A DNA stretch of 64,000 bases, from NCBI GenBank assembly GCA_947372465.1, contig CANBTT010000011.1, positions 182 through 64,181 of the forward strand, in the 5' to 3' direction. The notes below the pieces were generated by a model. It did not search any database. It worked only from the letters and a program-made list of their open reading frames with translations, and had not been told where the DNA came from. This DNA comes from Burkholderiales bacterium (GTDB taxonomy: Bacteria; Pseudomonadota; Gammaproteobacteria; Burkholderiales; Burkholderiaceae_C). The translations under genes were made by a program, and so were the position numbers. Below, piece after piece: positions 10,138 to 20,076 of the stretch (position 1 is its first letter; every line of letters begins with the position of its first letter).

Positions 10138-10551
10138 ATGTCTACATTTGTACACAGTCAATTCAATCAAAAACACCCAGGTGTCGAGCGTGTGGAAGGC
10201 CTTGTGGAGAAATACCAAGCCTACTCCCGTCCGTTTGAGGGTGCAAAAGCCTTGGCCGCCGTTTTACTGGGCGCGTTGGTGTCTTCTTTGCTTGTGGTTG
10301 CGAATCAAGTCATTGACTCTTGGAGCGATGGACATTTGATGGCCGCATGGATCGCCTTGTGGATTGTGGCATTCTCTTCACTCGCTTTGTTTGATGGCCC
10401 TGTGAGAGGGATTGCACAAAACTTGAAAAGAAGTGTCCAGCAGTGGTTGAGCAAAAGGGCGCAATTCAAACAAGATGAAAAGACCTGGGCGGTTGCTCAA
10501 AAAGATCCTGCATTGATGGCAGAGTTGACCGTTTTAATGCTCAGGGGTTGA
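10138..10551 (+). CDS. hypothetical membrane protein (two predicted TM segments)
   Basis: 137-aa ORF with an AAAGGAAACATC-ATG start context and two hydrophobic stretches (ALAAVLLGALVSSLLVVA, AAWIALWIVAFSSLALF). I recognise no family. Confidence 0.5.
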   Translation: MSTFVHSQFNQKHPGVERVEGLVEKYQAYSRPFEGAKALAAVLLGALVSSLLVVANQVIDSWSDGHLMAAWIALWIVAFSSLALFDGPVRGIAQNLKRSVQQWLSKRAQFKQDEKTWAVAQKDPALMAELTVLMLRG

Positions 10552-10586
10552 AGTCAGGCGCATTAAATATTGCGTGGCAACACATT

Positions 10587-10624
10587 AAAAAAGCCTCTTG
10601 ATGTCAAAAATCAAGAGGCTTTTT
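10587..10624. terminator. bidirectional rho-independent terminator
   Basis: A perfect 10-bp stem AGCCTCTTGA / TCAAGAGGCT is flanked by an A-run on one side and a T-run on the other. It lies between the convergent genes ending at 10551 (+) and 10642 (-). Confidence 0.75.
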
Positions 10625-10641
10625 AACGATCCATCGAGGAC

Positions 10642-12495
10642 TTAAATGCCAGCGAGCCTTTTTTCAAGACCCTCTTGGGCTTCTTTTAACGCTTTGGGTA
10701 AATGATAGGACAGTTGTTCAAAGAGCTCTTTGTGCAAGACCAGCTCTGCTTGCCAAGCTGATTTATCGATCTTCGTGACTTGAGCAAATTGATCGGCTGT
10801 GAAATCCAAGCCCTTCCAATTGATTTCTGGGTAGTTTGGGCTGACGCCAAAAATATGGTCATGTCCCGTAACGGTGTTTTCAATGCGGTCAATCATCCAT
10901 TTCAAGACGCGCATGTTTTCGCCGTAACCGGGCCAGATGAACTTGCCGTCAGCGCCCTTTTGGAACCAATTGGTGGTAAATATTTTTGGCAAAGTGGCCC
11001 CTTGCTTGGACAGCTTGGCACCCAAGTCCAACCAGTGTTGGAAGTAGTCGCTCATGTTGTAGCCCGTAAAGGGCAGCATGGCAAAGGGATCGCGTCTCAC
11101 CACTCCTTGCGCACCTGTTGCGGCCGCAGTCGTTTCTGAGCCCATGGTAGAGGCCATGTAGACCCCCTCAACCCAGCTTCTGGCTTCCGTCACCAAAGGA
11201 ACGGTTGTTGAACGTCGTCCCCCGAAGATGAAGGCATCGATGGCGACGCCTTTGGGGTCATCCCAAGCGGCATCAATGGCTGGGTTGTTGGTTGCTGCAA
11301 CAGTAAAGCGAGCATTGGGATGGGCCGCTTTGGCACCCGTTTCTTTAGCAATCGCGGGGGTCCAGTCTTTTCCTTGCCAATCGATGCAATGAGCAGGCGT
11401 CTCGCCCATGCCCTCCCACCAAACGTCTCCATCATCTGTCAACGCGACATTCGTGAAGATGACGTCGTTGTTTAAACTGGCCATGCAGTTGGGGTTGGTG
11501 AGTGTGTTGGTACCTGGGGCCACGCCAAAGTAGCCGGCCTCTGGATTGATCGCATACAAACGGCCATCCGTGCCTGGCTTGATCCAAGCAATATCGTCAC
11601 CAATGGTGGTCACCGACCAACCGTCAAAGCCTGTGGGTGGAATCAACATGGCAAAGTTGGTTTTGCCACAAGCGCTTGGGAAGGCAGCAGCAACGTGGTA
11701 TTTTTTTCCATTTGGCGGGGTAACACCCAAAATCAGCATGTGCTCAGCCAGCCAGCCCTCGTCGCGGCCCATGTTGGAGGCGATTCGTAGAGCGAAACAC
11801 TTTTTACCAAGCAAGGCGTTGCCACCGTAACCAGAACCGTAAGACCAAATCTCTCTGGTTTCTGGATAATGCACAATGTATTTTGTTGCGTTGCAAGGCC
11901 ATGTAGAGTCTTTTTGTCCGCTGCTTAAAGGGGCGCCAACGGTATGCACACATGGAACGAAGGCACCCTCTGTGCCCAAAACGTCATAGACTTCTTTGCC
12001 CATGCGCGTCATGATTTTCATGTTGACCGCAACATAAGCGCTGTCGGACAACTCGACACCAATGTGAGCAATGGGGCTGCCTAAAGGCCCCATTGAGAAG
12101 GGTACAACATACATGGTGCGCCCTTGCATGCAACCGTCAAACAAGGGTTTTAATGTGTTGCGCATTTCGCTGGGGTCGCACCAGTTGTTGGTGGGGCCCG
12201 CATCTTCTTGTTTTTGTGAGCAAATAAATGTTCGGTCTTCCACACGAGCCACATCGTTGGGGTCAGAGCAGGCGAGGTATGAGTTCGGGCGCTTGATGGG
12301 GTTGAGTTTTTTAAAGGTACCGGCTTGAACCAATAACTCGCACAAGTTTTTGTACTCTTCATCAGACCCGTTGCACCAAACGACGTCTTTGGGCTTGCAC
12401 AGCGCAACCATTTCACTGACCCAGGCTATCAACTGGGTGTTTTTTACATGGCTTGGGGGATTAACGCCCAAACCTTTCTGTGCGGGTGCATTCAT
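10642..12495 (-). CDS. pckG: phosphoenolpyruvate carboxykinase (GTP)
   Basis: 617 aa with the GTP-PEPCK kinase-1a loop [27 protein letters not shown] and FTTNWF blocks. An AGGAG Shine-Dalgarno precedes the ATG. Confidence 0.93.
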   Translation of the reverse strand: MNAPAQKGLGVNPPSHVKNTQLIAWVSEMVALCKPKDVVWCNGSDEEYKNLCELLVQAGTFKKLNPIKRPNSYLACSDPNDVARVEDRTFICSQKQEDAGPTNNWCDPSEMRNTLKPLFDGCMQGRTMYVVPFSMGPLGSPIAHIGVELSDSAYVAVNMKIMTRMGKEVYDVLGTEGAFVPCVHTVGAPLSSGQKDSTWPCNATKYIVHYPETREIWSYGSGYGGNALLGKKCFALRIASNMGRDEGWLAEHMLILGVTPPNGKKYHVAAAFPSACGKTNFAMLIPPTGFDGWSVTTIGDDIAWIKPGTDGRLYAINPEAGYFGVAPGTNTLTNPNCMASLNNDVIFTNVALTDDGDVWWEGMGETPAHCIDWQGKDWTPAIAKETGAKAAHPNARFTVAATNNPAIDAAWDDPKGVAIDAFIFGGRRSTTVPLVTEARSWVEGVYMASTMGSETTAAATGAQGVVRRDPFAMLPFTGYNMSDYFQHWLDLGAKLSKQGATLPKIFTTNWFQKGADGKFIWPGYGENMRVLKWMIDRIENTVTGHDHIFGVSPNYPEINWKGLDFTADQFAQVTKIDKSAWQAELVLHKELFEQLSYHLPKALKEAQEGLEKRLAGI

Positions 12496-12718
12496 AAATC
12501 GCTCCTGATCAAATTAATTAAGGTCAAGCACTTGTTGGGCATCAAGACCCTGACCTTAATGAATTTGCAAGCAAGTTAATATAGGCGTTGATACTAACTT
12601 TGTATGACCCAGAGGTGGGCATCGGCCACGGACTCGCAAGCAAATCAATGGAAAATGGCTCACCACCTATTGGGCAAAACCCAGTGGGCATAGGTGCTCC
12701 AAAAATGAAGCCCCACAA

Positions 12719-12859
12719 TCAAGCCATGAAAACTGCAATGAATGCGAGCAAAAAAATCAAAATGGCGCCACCAATGGGCAAAACGATGGGCATCAGCGGA
12801 ACGATGGATTCAACGACATCGGTATGCTCGCGGGTTTCTTGATTCGAAGAAGAAGACAT
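12719..12859 (-). CDS. small single-pass membrane protein (46 aa), hypothetical
   Basis: Hand-translated: MSSSSNQETREHTDVVESIVPLMPIVLPIGGAILIFLLAFIAVFMA*. An AAGGA lies 8 nt upstream of the ATG, and there is a clear C-terminal TM helix. It is below the track cutoff. Confidence 0.4.
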   Translation of the reverse strand: MSSSSNQETREHTDVVESIVPLMPIVLPIGGAILIFLLAFIAVFMA

Positions 12860-13082
12860 ATTGTTTATCCTTAAAAGGTCTGAAATTATAGCTTTTTTGC
12901 CATCCTTTTCGCCCTCAAAGACAGCTTGGCAATGGGATTAAGAAAGGACTTGCAGATATGGGCACAAAAATGTAATGAAAACTGACTAATATCGTATATT
13001 CTATGGGGATGGGCAAAATGAAATCATTAAAATATGCCGACGGGTTTCCAAATCAGCCCAATTCCTTACCCCGAAAAGCCCT

Positions 13083-14111
13083 ATGAACAGTGAACACGAC
13101 GCCTATACCCGCTCCGGTGAGCTTGTGGAGTTGCTTGCATCCAGAATATTGATCCTGGATGGCGCGATGGGCACCATGATACAAAGGCTGAAATTATCAG
13201 AGGCACACTACCGCGGAGAGCGATTCAAGTCGTTTGATCGCTCTGTACAGGGCAACAATGAGTTGCTGAGTTTGAGCCAACCGAGCGTGATACAAGACAT
13301 TCATGAGTCTTATTTAAGCAGTGGTGTGGACATCATTGAAACCAACACCTTTGGTGCAACACGGATTGCACAAGAGGATTACAAAATGGCTGACTTGGCC
13401 TATGAGATGAACAAGGCCTCGGCACAACTTGCCCGCCAAGCCTGTGACAAATTCTCAAGCCCTGAGCACAAAAGGTATGTCTTTGGTGCATTGGGGCCAA
13501 CGCCAAAGACGGCCAGTATCAGCCCAGATGTGAACGACCCGGGTGCAAGAAATGTCGATTTTGAAGAGTTAAGAGCGAGCTACCACGAGCAAGTAAGCGC
13601 TTTGCTCGATGGAGGTGTGGATGGTTTGATTGTTGAGACGATATTTGATACTTTGAATGCAAAAGCCGCGCTTTTTGCAATTGAGGAGTGTTTCGAAGCG
13701 AGCCAACAGCGACTTCCTCTGATCATCAGTGGAACGGTGACAGACGCCTCGGGTCGAATCTTATCGGGTCAGACGGTCAGCGCGTTTTGGTACAGCGTGC
13801 GGCATGCAAATCCTTTGGCCGTTGGTCTTAATTGTGCGTTGGGCGCTGCACTGATGAGGCCCTACTTGCAAGAGTTGTCGCAAGTGGCAAAGGACACGTT
13901 CATTTCTTGTTATCCCAATGCAGGCCTGCCCAATCCAATGAGCGAGACAGGTTTTGATGAGACGCCTGCAGACACGAGCCGTTTGTTGCATGAGTTTGCA
14001 AAAGAGGGGCTGCTCAACATCGTGGGCGGTTGTTGTGGAACGACGCCACAGCACTTGTTTGAAATTAAAAAAAGTGTCAGCACGGAAAGCCCGCGTCGTA
14101 TTCTTCGATAA
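13083..14111 (+). CDS. metH: methionine synthase, homocysteine-binding (S-methyltransferase) domain protein; first cistron of a split MetH
   Basis: LILDGAMGTMIQ at the N-terminus and the zinc-ligand block NIVGGCCGTTPQH at the C-terminus. It ends where the full-length MetH pterin domain would begin. Confidence 0.88.
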   Translation: MNSEHDAYTRSGELVELLASRILILDGAMGTMIQRLKLSEAHYRGERFKSFDRSVQGNNELLSLSQPSVIQDIHESYLSSGVDIIETNTFGATRIAQEDYKMADLAYEMNKASAQLARQACDKFSSPEHKRYVFGALGPTPKTASISPDVNDPGARNVDFEELRASYHEQVSALLDGGVDGLIVETIFDTLNAKAALFAIEECFEASQQRLPLIISGTVTDASGRILSGQTVSAFWYSVRHANPLAVGLNCALGAALMRPYLQELSQVAKDTFISCYPNAGLPNPMSETGFDETPADTSRLLHEFAKEGLLNIVGGCCGTTPQHLFEIKKSVSTESPRRILR

Positions 14112-14129
14112 ATAAATTAGAATAACGTT

Positions 14130-14207
14130 CATCCCAAGGAGCGTTGCAGCCTAGCGAATTTGACAGGTCAGGCTTGGGGTTGAAAACAGAGATAACTGCG
14201 CTCACCT
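14130..14207 (+). promoter_or_regulatory. SAH (S-adenosylhomocysteine) riboswitch
   Basis: CCCAAGGAGCGTTGCAGCC...GGTCAGGCTTGGG...AACTGCGCTCAC reproduces the conserved SAH-element core. P1 is CCCAAG/CTTGGG and the pseudoknot is GAGCG/CGCTC. The 3' CTCACCT can alternatively pair with the downstream SD AGGTGAG (14222-14228). Confidence 0.75.
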
Positions 14208-14232
14208 GAGTATTCACTCATAGGTGAGGGCC

Positions 14233-16980
14233 ATGTCGAACACTGTTAAATCAAACAACAAACAATTTCTCAAAGAGACCGCACTTTTGTTGTGTGGTTT
14301 AGAGCCCTTGGTCATTGGCAAAGACAGTTTATTTGTCAACATTGGCGAGAGAACAAACGTCACGGGTTCAAAAGCATTTGCAAAAATGATTTTGAATGGT
14401 GAGTACGAGCGTGCCTTGGCGGTTGCTAGGCAGCAAGTTGAAAATGGCGCTCAAATTATCGATGTGAACATGGACGAGGCGATGCTTGATAGTCAAGCCG
14501 CCATGGTTCGCTTTTTGAATCTGATGGCAACGGAGCCCGACATTGCCAGAGTACCTGTCATGATTGACAGCTCCAAATGGAGTGTGATTGAAGCGGGACT
14601 TAAATGCATTCAAGGCAAAGGCATTGTCAACTCGATCTCAATGAAAGAGGGGGTTGACGAGTTCAAACGCCAGGCCAAACTGATCATGCGCTATGGCGCA
14701 GCAGCGGTGGTGATGGCCTTTGATGAAAAGGGACAAGCGGACACCTTTGAAAGAAAAATTCAAATTTGCAAAAGAGCCTACGACATTTTGGTTCACGAGG
14801 TGGGCTTCAATGCGCAAGATATCATTTTTGATCCCAATATATTTGCAATAGCCACAGGCATTGAGGAGCACAACAATTATGCGGTTGATTTCATCAATGC
14901 CACGAAGTGGATCAAAGAGAACTTAAAAGGGGCCAAAGTCTCGGGCGGTGTTTCTAACGTTTCTTTTAGTTTTAGAGGAAACGAGGCGGTCAGAGAAGCG
15001 ATACATACTGTTTTTCTATACCATGCGATCAAAGCGGGCATGGACATGGGCATTGTGAATGCCGGCATGATCAGTGTTTATGACGATTTGCCCCCTGATT
15101 TGAAAGAGCGGGTGGAGGATGTTGTTCTCAATCGCAGAGAAGACGCGTCTGAGCGTTTGATAGAGATTGCTGAAAACGCAAAAGGGCAGGCCAAAGAGCA
15201 ACTGAACCAACATGCTTGGCGTGGTACACCCGAAGCACCCAAAGCTGTTGAGGAGAGGCTTTCCCATGCCTTGGTTCATGGCATCAATGAGTTCATTGAG
15301 ATAGACACCCAAGAAGCCTATGAGCAAACGCTCAAGCAAGGAAAACGCGCCTTGAGTGTGATTGAAGGCCCTTTAATGGACGGGATGTCTACGGTGGGTG
15401 ATTTGTTTGGCCAGGGCAAGATGTTTTTGCCACAAGTGGTCAAAAGTGCGCGTGTGATGAAACAAGCGGTGGCCGTTTTGATTCCTTACATCGAAGAGGA
15501 GAAGCAACGCCAACAAGCGGCTGGCCATGCGGTCAAGAGCAAGGGCAAAATTGTCATGGCCACGGTCAAGGGCGATGTCCATGACATTGGTAAAAACATT
15601 GTGACGGTGGTTTTGCAGTGCAATAATTTTGAGGTCATCAACATGGGTGTAATGGTGCCATGTCATGAAATTCTTGCCAAAGCAAAAGAGGTGGGCGCAG
15701 ACATTGTTGGTTTGTCCGGTTTGATCACGCCAAGCTTAGAAGAAATGCAGCATGTTGCATCGGAGATGCAAAAAGACGAGTATTTTAGAGCTCGTAAAAC
15801 ACCTTTAATGATTGGTGGCGCAACGACATCTAGGGTGCACACAGCGGTCAAAATTGCGCCTCATTATGAGGGACCGATTGTGTACGTTCCCGATGCATCA
15901 AGAAGTGTGGGGGTTGCCCAAGGACTGTTGTCTGATGGGGCGGAAAAATTCATTGAAACATTGAATTTGGATTATGAGCGCGTGAGATTACAGCACGCGC
16001 AAAAGAAAACAACCCCACTGATTGCGATTGAAGAGGCGAGACGCAATGCGCCTCAATTTGATTGGGCGGCATACAAAGCAAAAAGACCAAACTTCTTGGG
16101 CGCACGCTCGTTCACGCGGCACAATCTTGCGGAATTGTCGACCTTTATAGATTGGTCGCCATTTTTCCAAACCTGGGATTTGGCCGGGCCTTATCCCGCG
16201 ATTTTGACCGATCCGGTTGTTGGTGTTGAGGCGCAAAAAGTGTTTGACGACGCGAAAGCGATGTTGAAAAAACTGGTGAATGAGCAGTGGCTACAAGCCA
16301 ATGCGGTGCTGGCTTTTTATCCGGCCAACTCATTGGGCGATGATGTGGTGATATGGCGAGATGAAAAGCGCAATGAGCCCTTGATGGTCTGGCATGGCTT
16401 AAGGCAACAAACCAAAAAACCAAACGCGCGCCCCAATCGATGTTTGTCCGATTTTGTCGCGCCCATGGGGCATGACGATTATGTGGGTTGTTTTGCGCTG
16501 ACCACGGGCTTAGGTGTTGAGAAAAAGGAGGCCCAGTTTCTGGCCCTCAACGACGACTATCAAGCGATCATGCTGAAGGCATTGGCAGACCGTTTGGCAG
16601 AGGCTTATGCCGAGTACTTGCATTGGCGTGTGAGAACCGATTTGTGGGCTTACAGCCCTAAAGAACATCTCAATGTGGCCTCAATGATCGCTGAGCAGTA
16701 CATTGGGATTCGCCCAGCGCCTGGCTACCCGGCCTGCCCGGATCACGTGATCAAGAGAGCAATGTTTGACAACTTGGCTTGTGCAGACATAGGCATCACC
16801 TTGACCTCCAGTTTGGCGATGTCTCCTGCTTCCAGCATTTGCGGCTTTTATCTTGCACACCCACAGGCGAAGTACTTCAATGTTGGGCGCATCGGTGAGG
16901 ACCAGGTCGAGGATTTGGCCAGGCGGCAAGGCGTTTCAATGGCGCAATGCAGTCAATTTCTTGGGCCGAACTTGTCATGA
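14233..16980 (+). CDS. metH: methionine synthase, pterin-binding + cobalamin-binding + AdoMet-activation domains; second cistron of a split MetH
   Basis: B12-binding DxHxxG motif ([11 protein letters not shown]) and the activation-domain block [13 protein letters not shown]. The ATG at 14233 follows the AGGTGAGG SD; the track's GTG at 14224 is the alternative start. Confidence 0.92.
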   Translation: MSNTVKSNNKQFLKETALLLCGLEPLVIGKDSLFVNIGERTNVTGSKAFAKMILNGEYERALAVARQQVENGAQIIDVNMDEAMLDSQAAMVRFLNLMATEPDIARVPVMIDSSKWSVIEAGLKCIQGKGIVNSISMKEGVDEFKRQAKLIMRYGAAAVVMAFDEKGQADTFERKIQICKRAYDILVHEVGFNAQDIIFDPNIFAIATGIEEHNNYAVDFINATKWIKENLKGAKVSGGVSNVSFSFRGNEAVREAIHTVFLYHAIKAGMDMGIVNAGMISVYDDLPPDLKERVEDVVLNRREDASERLIEIAENAKGQAKEQLNQHAWRGTPEAPKAVEERLSHALVHGINEFIEIDTQEAYEQTLKQGKRALSVIEGPLMDGMSTVGDLFGQGKMFLPQVVKSARVMKQAVAVLIPYIEEEKQRQQAAGHAVKSKGKIVMATVKGDVHDIGKNIVTVVLQCNNFEVINMGVMVPCHEILAKAKEVGADIVGLSGLITPSLEEMQHVASEMQKDEYFRARKTPLMIGGATTSRVHTAVKIAPHYEGPIVYVPDASRSVGVAQGLLSDGAEKFIETLNLDYERVRLQHAQKKTTPLIAIEEARRNAPQFDWAAYKAKRPNFLGARSFTRHNLAELSTFIDWSPFFQTWDLAGPYPAILTDPVVGVEAQKVFDDAKAMLKKLVNEQWLQANAVLAFYPANSLGDDVVIWRDEKRNEPLMVWHGLRQQTKKPNARPNRCLSDFVAPMGHDDYVGCFALTTGLGVEKKEAQFLALNDDYQAIMLKALADRLAEAYAEYLHWRVRTDLWAYSPKEHLNVASMIAEQYIGIRPAPGYPACPDHVIKRAMFDNLACADIGITLTSSLAMSPASSICGFYLAHPQAKYFNVGRIGEDQVEDLARRQGVSMAQCSQFLGPNLS

Positions 16981-16985
16981 GTTTT

Positions 16986-17002
16986 CGCACCAAAATGGTG
17001 CG
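16986..17002. promoter_or_regulatory. putative NtrC enhancer site CGCACCAAAATGGTGCG
   Basis: Palindrome matching GCACCA-N3-TGGTGC of the enterobacterial NtrC consensus TGCACCA-N3-TGGTGCA. It lies about 130 bp upstream of a sigma-54-type promoter. Confidence 0.55.
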
Positions 17003-17034
17003 ACCAGAAAATCCCTAAAACAGCCGCCACTGAC

Positions 17035-17051
17035 AGCACTTTTTTGGTGCA
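17035..17051. promoter_or_regulatory. putative NtrC enhancer site AGCACTTTTTTGGTGCA
   Basis: 11 of 14 specified positions match the NtrC consensus. A further half-site TTGGTGCAA lies at 17086-17094. Confidence 0.45.
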
Positions 17052-17120
17052 CGAATGTCTTGCCCTGCAAGAGGTGTCCCTGTCTTGGTGCAATTATGGC
17101 GTAAAACGGATAATTTCTCA

Positions 17121-17136
17121 TGGCATGAAGAATGCT
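17121..17136 (+). promoter_or_regulatory. sigma-54 (-24/-12) promoter TGGCATGAAGAATGCT
   Basis: The GG and GC dinucleotides have the canonical spacing of TGGCAC-N5-TTGCW. It lies 33 bp upstream of the ATG of the porin-glnK-amtB operon. Confidence 0.65.
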
Positions 17137-17168
17137 GATGGTCAACAGATCATTAAAAGGAGTTATAC

Positions 17169-17948
17169 ATGAAGTTTCAAAACGTTTTATTGGCATCATT
17201 GGTGATGACGGGGTTCGTTAACGTGGCCAAGGCTGCTGACCCAGCTCCAGCTCCCGAGCCTGAGTCAACGCTCAGCTTTAATTTGGGCGTGGTGAGTGAA
17301 TACCGCTATCGCGGCATTTCTCAGTCGGCCAAGAAGCCAGCCCTGCAAGGCGGTTTTGACTATGCAGACAAAAGTGGCGCCTACATTGGCGCATGGGCTT
17401 CAAGCATCACATGGATCAAAGATTCAGATGCCAAAGGCTCGGCCAAAGGCCCCATTGAAATTGACGTTTATGGTGGCTATAAAGGCGCTTTGAGCGATGA
17501 CATTGCCTTTGATGTTGGTGGCTTGCAGTATTGGTACGCCACAAACAATTTGGCAACGGTCCCTGGACTGGTCAATGCCAACACATTTGAAATTTATGGT
17601 GCGCTGTCTTTTGGCGCCTTCACTGCTAAATTGTCCAACAGCACGGGTAACTTGTTTGGCGCACCCAACAGCAAGAACAGTCGTTATTTGGATTTGAGCT
17701 ACACCTTCGACCTGGGTAACGGCTTAACCATTGTGCCCCATTTGGGTGACCAATATGTGGCAAACAATCCAGCAAGTTATTCAGATTATTCCATTGCCAT
17801 TAACAAAGACATGGAAGGAACAGTTCTCAGTGCGACCGTGCTTGGAACCAATTTCAAAGCACGCCATGGTGACTACGTCTTACCAGGCTCGGGAAACAAA
17901 GAGCTCAGTGGCGCAGCATTGGTGTTGGGTTTGAAAAAGAACTTTTGA
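17169..17948 (+). CDS. TorF-family putative outer-membrane porin (proteobacterial Gcw_chp type)
   Basis: Signal peptide (...VNVAKA/ADP), then FNLGVVSEYRYRGISQS..PALQGGFDYA..GAYIGAWASS, which I recognise as this beta-barrel family. It ends in ...LGLKKNF. Confidence 0.75.
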   Translation: MKFQNVLLASLVMTGFVNVAKAADPAPAPEPESTLSFNLGVVSEYRYRGISQSAKKPALQGGFDYADKSGAYIGAWASSITWIKDSDAKGSAKGPIEIDVYGGYKGALSDDIAFDVGGLQYWYATNNLATVPGLVNANTFEIYGALSFGAFTAKLSNSTGNLFGAPNSKNSRYLDLSYTFDLGNGLTIVPHLGDQYVANNPASYSDYSIAINKDMEGTVLSATVLGTNFKARHGDYVLPGSGNKELSGAALVLGLKKNF

Positions 17949-17958
17949 TAAAGACTAA

Positions 17959-18306
<348 letters not shown>

Positions 18307-18331
18307 GCATCCATTTCAAGAAAGAATAATC

Positions 18332-19795
18332 ATGAAAAATTTGTTCGCCTCCCTAGCACTCGGATTGAGTTTGCTGATGGGTTCCGCGGCCGTTTTGGCC
18401 GATACCGCACCTGCTCCCGCAGCTGCTGCACCCGCAGCGGCCAGTGCAGCAGCAGATGCAGCACCTGCTGCTGCCCCTGCCCCTGTACCCAACAAAGGTG
18501 ATACAGCCTGGATGACCGTTGCAACAGCTTTGGTGATCATGATGACCATCCCTGGCTTGGCACTTTTCTATGGTGGATTGGTGCGCAGCAAGAACATGCT
18601 ATCCATTTTGATGCAAGTCTTTGTCGTGACAGCCTTGATCTATGTTTTGTGGTTGCTCTACGGCTACACCATTGCATTTACCGCTGGCAATCCATTCTTT
18701 GGCTCCATGGACAAATTGTTCTTCCTCGGCATCACGCCTGACTCAGTTGCTGCAACCTTCAGCAAAGGTGTTGTGATTCCTGAGTACACATTTGCTGGAT
18801 TCCAAGCAACCTTTGCGGCCATTACTTGCGCTTTGATTGTGGGCTCATTTGCTGAGCGTGTGAAGTTCTCCGCTGTGTTGCTCTTTTGTGCATTGTGGTT
18901 CACCTTCAGTTACTTACCAGTGGCCCACATGGTTTGGTATTGGGACGGCCCTGATGCGATCACTGATGCAGCGAGCTTGGAAAAAGTAACTGAAGCCGCA
19001 GGATGGTTGTGGGCCAAAGGTGCCCTGGACTTTGCAGGCGGAACAGTGGTGCACATCAATGCGGCTGTGGCTGGCTTGGTTGGCGCATACATGATTGGCA
19101 AGAGAACTGGCTATGGCAAAGAATCCATGGCCCCACACAGCTTGACATTGACCATGATCGGTGCATCCATGTTGTGGGTGGGTTGGTTTGGCTTCAATGC
19201 CGGATCAAACCTAGAAGCCAATGGCGTCACAGCACTTGCATTCATCAATACATTGGTGGCTACAGCTGCAGCAACACTGAGCTGGATCATGGGTGAAGCG
19301 CTTGGCAAAGGCAAGTCTTCCATGTTGGGCGCTGCATCCGGTGCGGTGGCTGGCTTGGTCGCAATAACACCTGCATGTGGATTTGTAGGTCCTTTGGGTG
19401 CCATCGTGATCGGATTTGCTGCTGGATTGTTGTGCTTGTGGGGTGTCAGTGGTCTTAAAAGCCTTCTTGGTGCGGATGACTCGCTTGATGTCTTTGGCGT
19501 GCACGGTGTGGGCGGCGTTTTGGGTGCATTGTTAACAGGTGTATTTGCTTCCCCCTCTTTGGGCGGCACAGGAATATACGATTATGTTGCCAATGCTGTA
19601 GCACCTGAGTACTCCATTTCTGGTCAAGTATGGATTCAATTGCAAGCCGTCATCACAACGATTGTGTGGTCTGCAGTGGTCTCAGTGATTGCATACAAAG
19701 TGGTCGACTTGCTCTTGGGTTTGCGTGTAACTGAGGAAGAAGAGCGTGAAGGCTTGGACATCACTTCACACGGCGAATCAGCATACAACCGTTGA
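18332..19795 (+). CDS. amtB: ammonium transporter AmtB
   Basis: FAGGTVVHINAAVAGLVGA and DDSLDVFGVHGVGGVLGA motifs. I chose the ATG at 18332 (MKNLFASLALG... signal peptide). The 573-aa track ORF is an upstream read-through across glnK in another frame. Confidence 0.93.
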   Translation: MKNLFASLALGLSLLMGSAAVLADTAPAPAAAAPAAASAAADAAPAAAPAPVPNKGDTAWMTVATALVIMMTIPGLALFYGGLVRSKNMLSILMQVFVVTALIYVLWLLYGYTIAFTAGNPFFGSMDKLFFLGITPDSVAATFSKGVVIPEYTFAGFQATFAAITCALIVGSFAERVKFSAVLLFCALWFTFSYLPVAHMVWYWDGPDAITDAASLEKVTEAAGWLWAKGALDFAGGTVVHINAAVAGLVGAYMIGKRTGYGKESMAPHSLTLTMIGASMLWVGWFGFNAGSNLEANGVTALAFINTLVATAAATLSWIMGEALGKGKSSMLGAASGAVAGLVAITPACGFVGPLGAIVIGFAAGLLCLWGVSGLKSLLGADDSLDVFGVHGVGGVLGALLTGVFASPSLGGTGIYDYVANAVAPEYSISGQVWIQLQAVITTIVWSAVVSVIAYKVVDLLLGLRVTEEEEREGLDITSHGESAYNR

Positions 19796-19884
19796 TACAT
19801 CAATGACCGTTTTTACCAAAGAAGGACAAAAGGGATAACACTTCAATTGGTCTGGTTTCATGTCTAGTTCTTCAAAGAACTTTT

Positions 19885-19916
19885 AACCCACCTGGTTTAC
19901 TAGGTGGGTTTTTTTT
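19885..19916 (+). terminator. rho-independent terminator of glnK-amtB
   Basis: 9-bp stem AACCCACCT / AGGTGGGTT with an 8-nt loop, followed by TTTTTTTT. Confidence 0.8.
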
Positions 19917-20076
19917 GGACCATGCAAAGCCGAACGGTCGCCAACCCTGTAAAGAACAAAAAAGAAACACCAAGATCAAGGCGTAAAGGATCGGTTCAAA
20001 CAAAAGCACCTATTTGGATTGCAAATATATATGGCAAACTATAGCAAGAGTTGAAGTGAACAAAGAAAGGCATCTG

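Noticed and set aside
12588-12842. An 84-aa plus-strand ORF lies in the pckG-metH gap.
   Set aside because: It has a TTG start without a Shine-Dalgarno and a low-complexity Gly/Pro/Met composition. The opposite-strand 46-aa ORF has an SD and a clean TM helix and is the better candidate.
16986-17002. The palindrome CGCACCAAAATGGTGCG directly after the metH stop could be a rho-independent terminator.
   Set aside because: No T-tract follows the hairpin. The sequence fits the NtrC half-site consensus and is positioned correctly relative to a sigma-54 promoter. A dual role cannot be excluded.
19111-19569. Long antisense ORFs lie inside conserved genes, e.g. 19111-19569 (-) in amtB, 34902-35468 (+) opposite purK/purE, 32774-33253 (+) opposite sua5, and 8478-8924 (-) in mnmA.
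   Set aside because: These are shadow ORFs opposite strongly recognisable genes. They have Arg/Pro/Ser-rich, random-looking composition, no ribosome-binding sites and no recognisable families.
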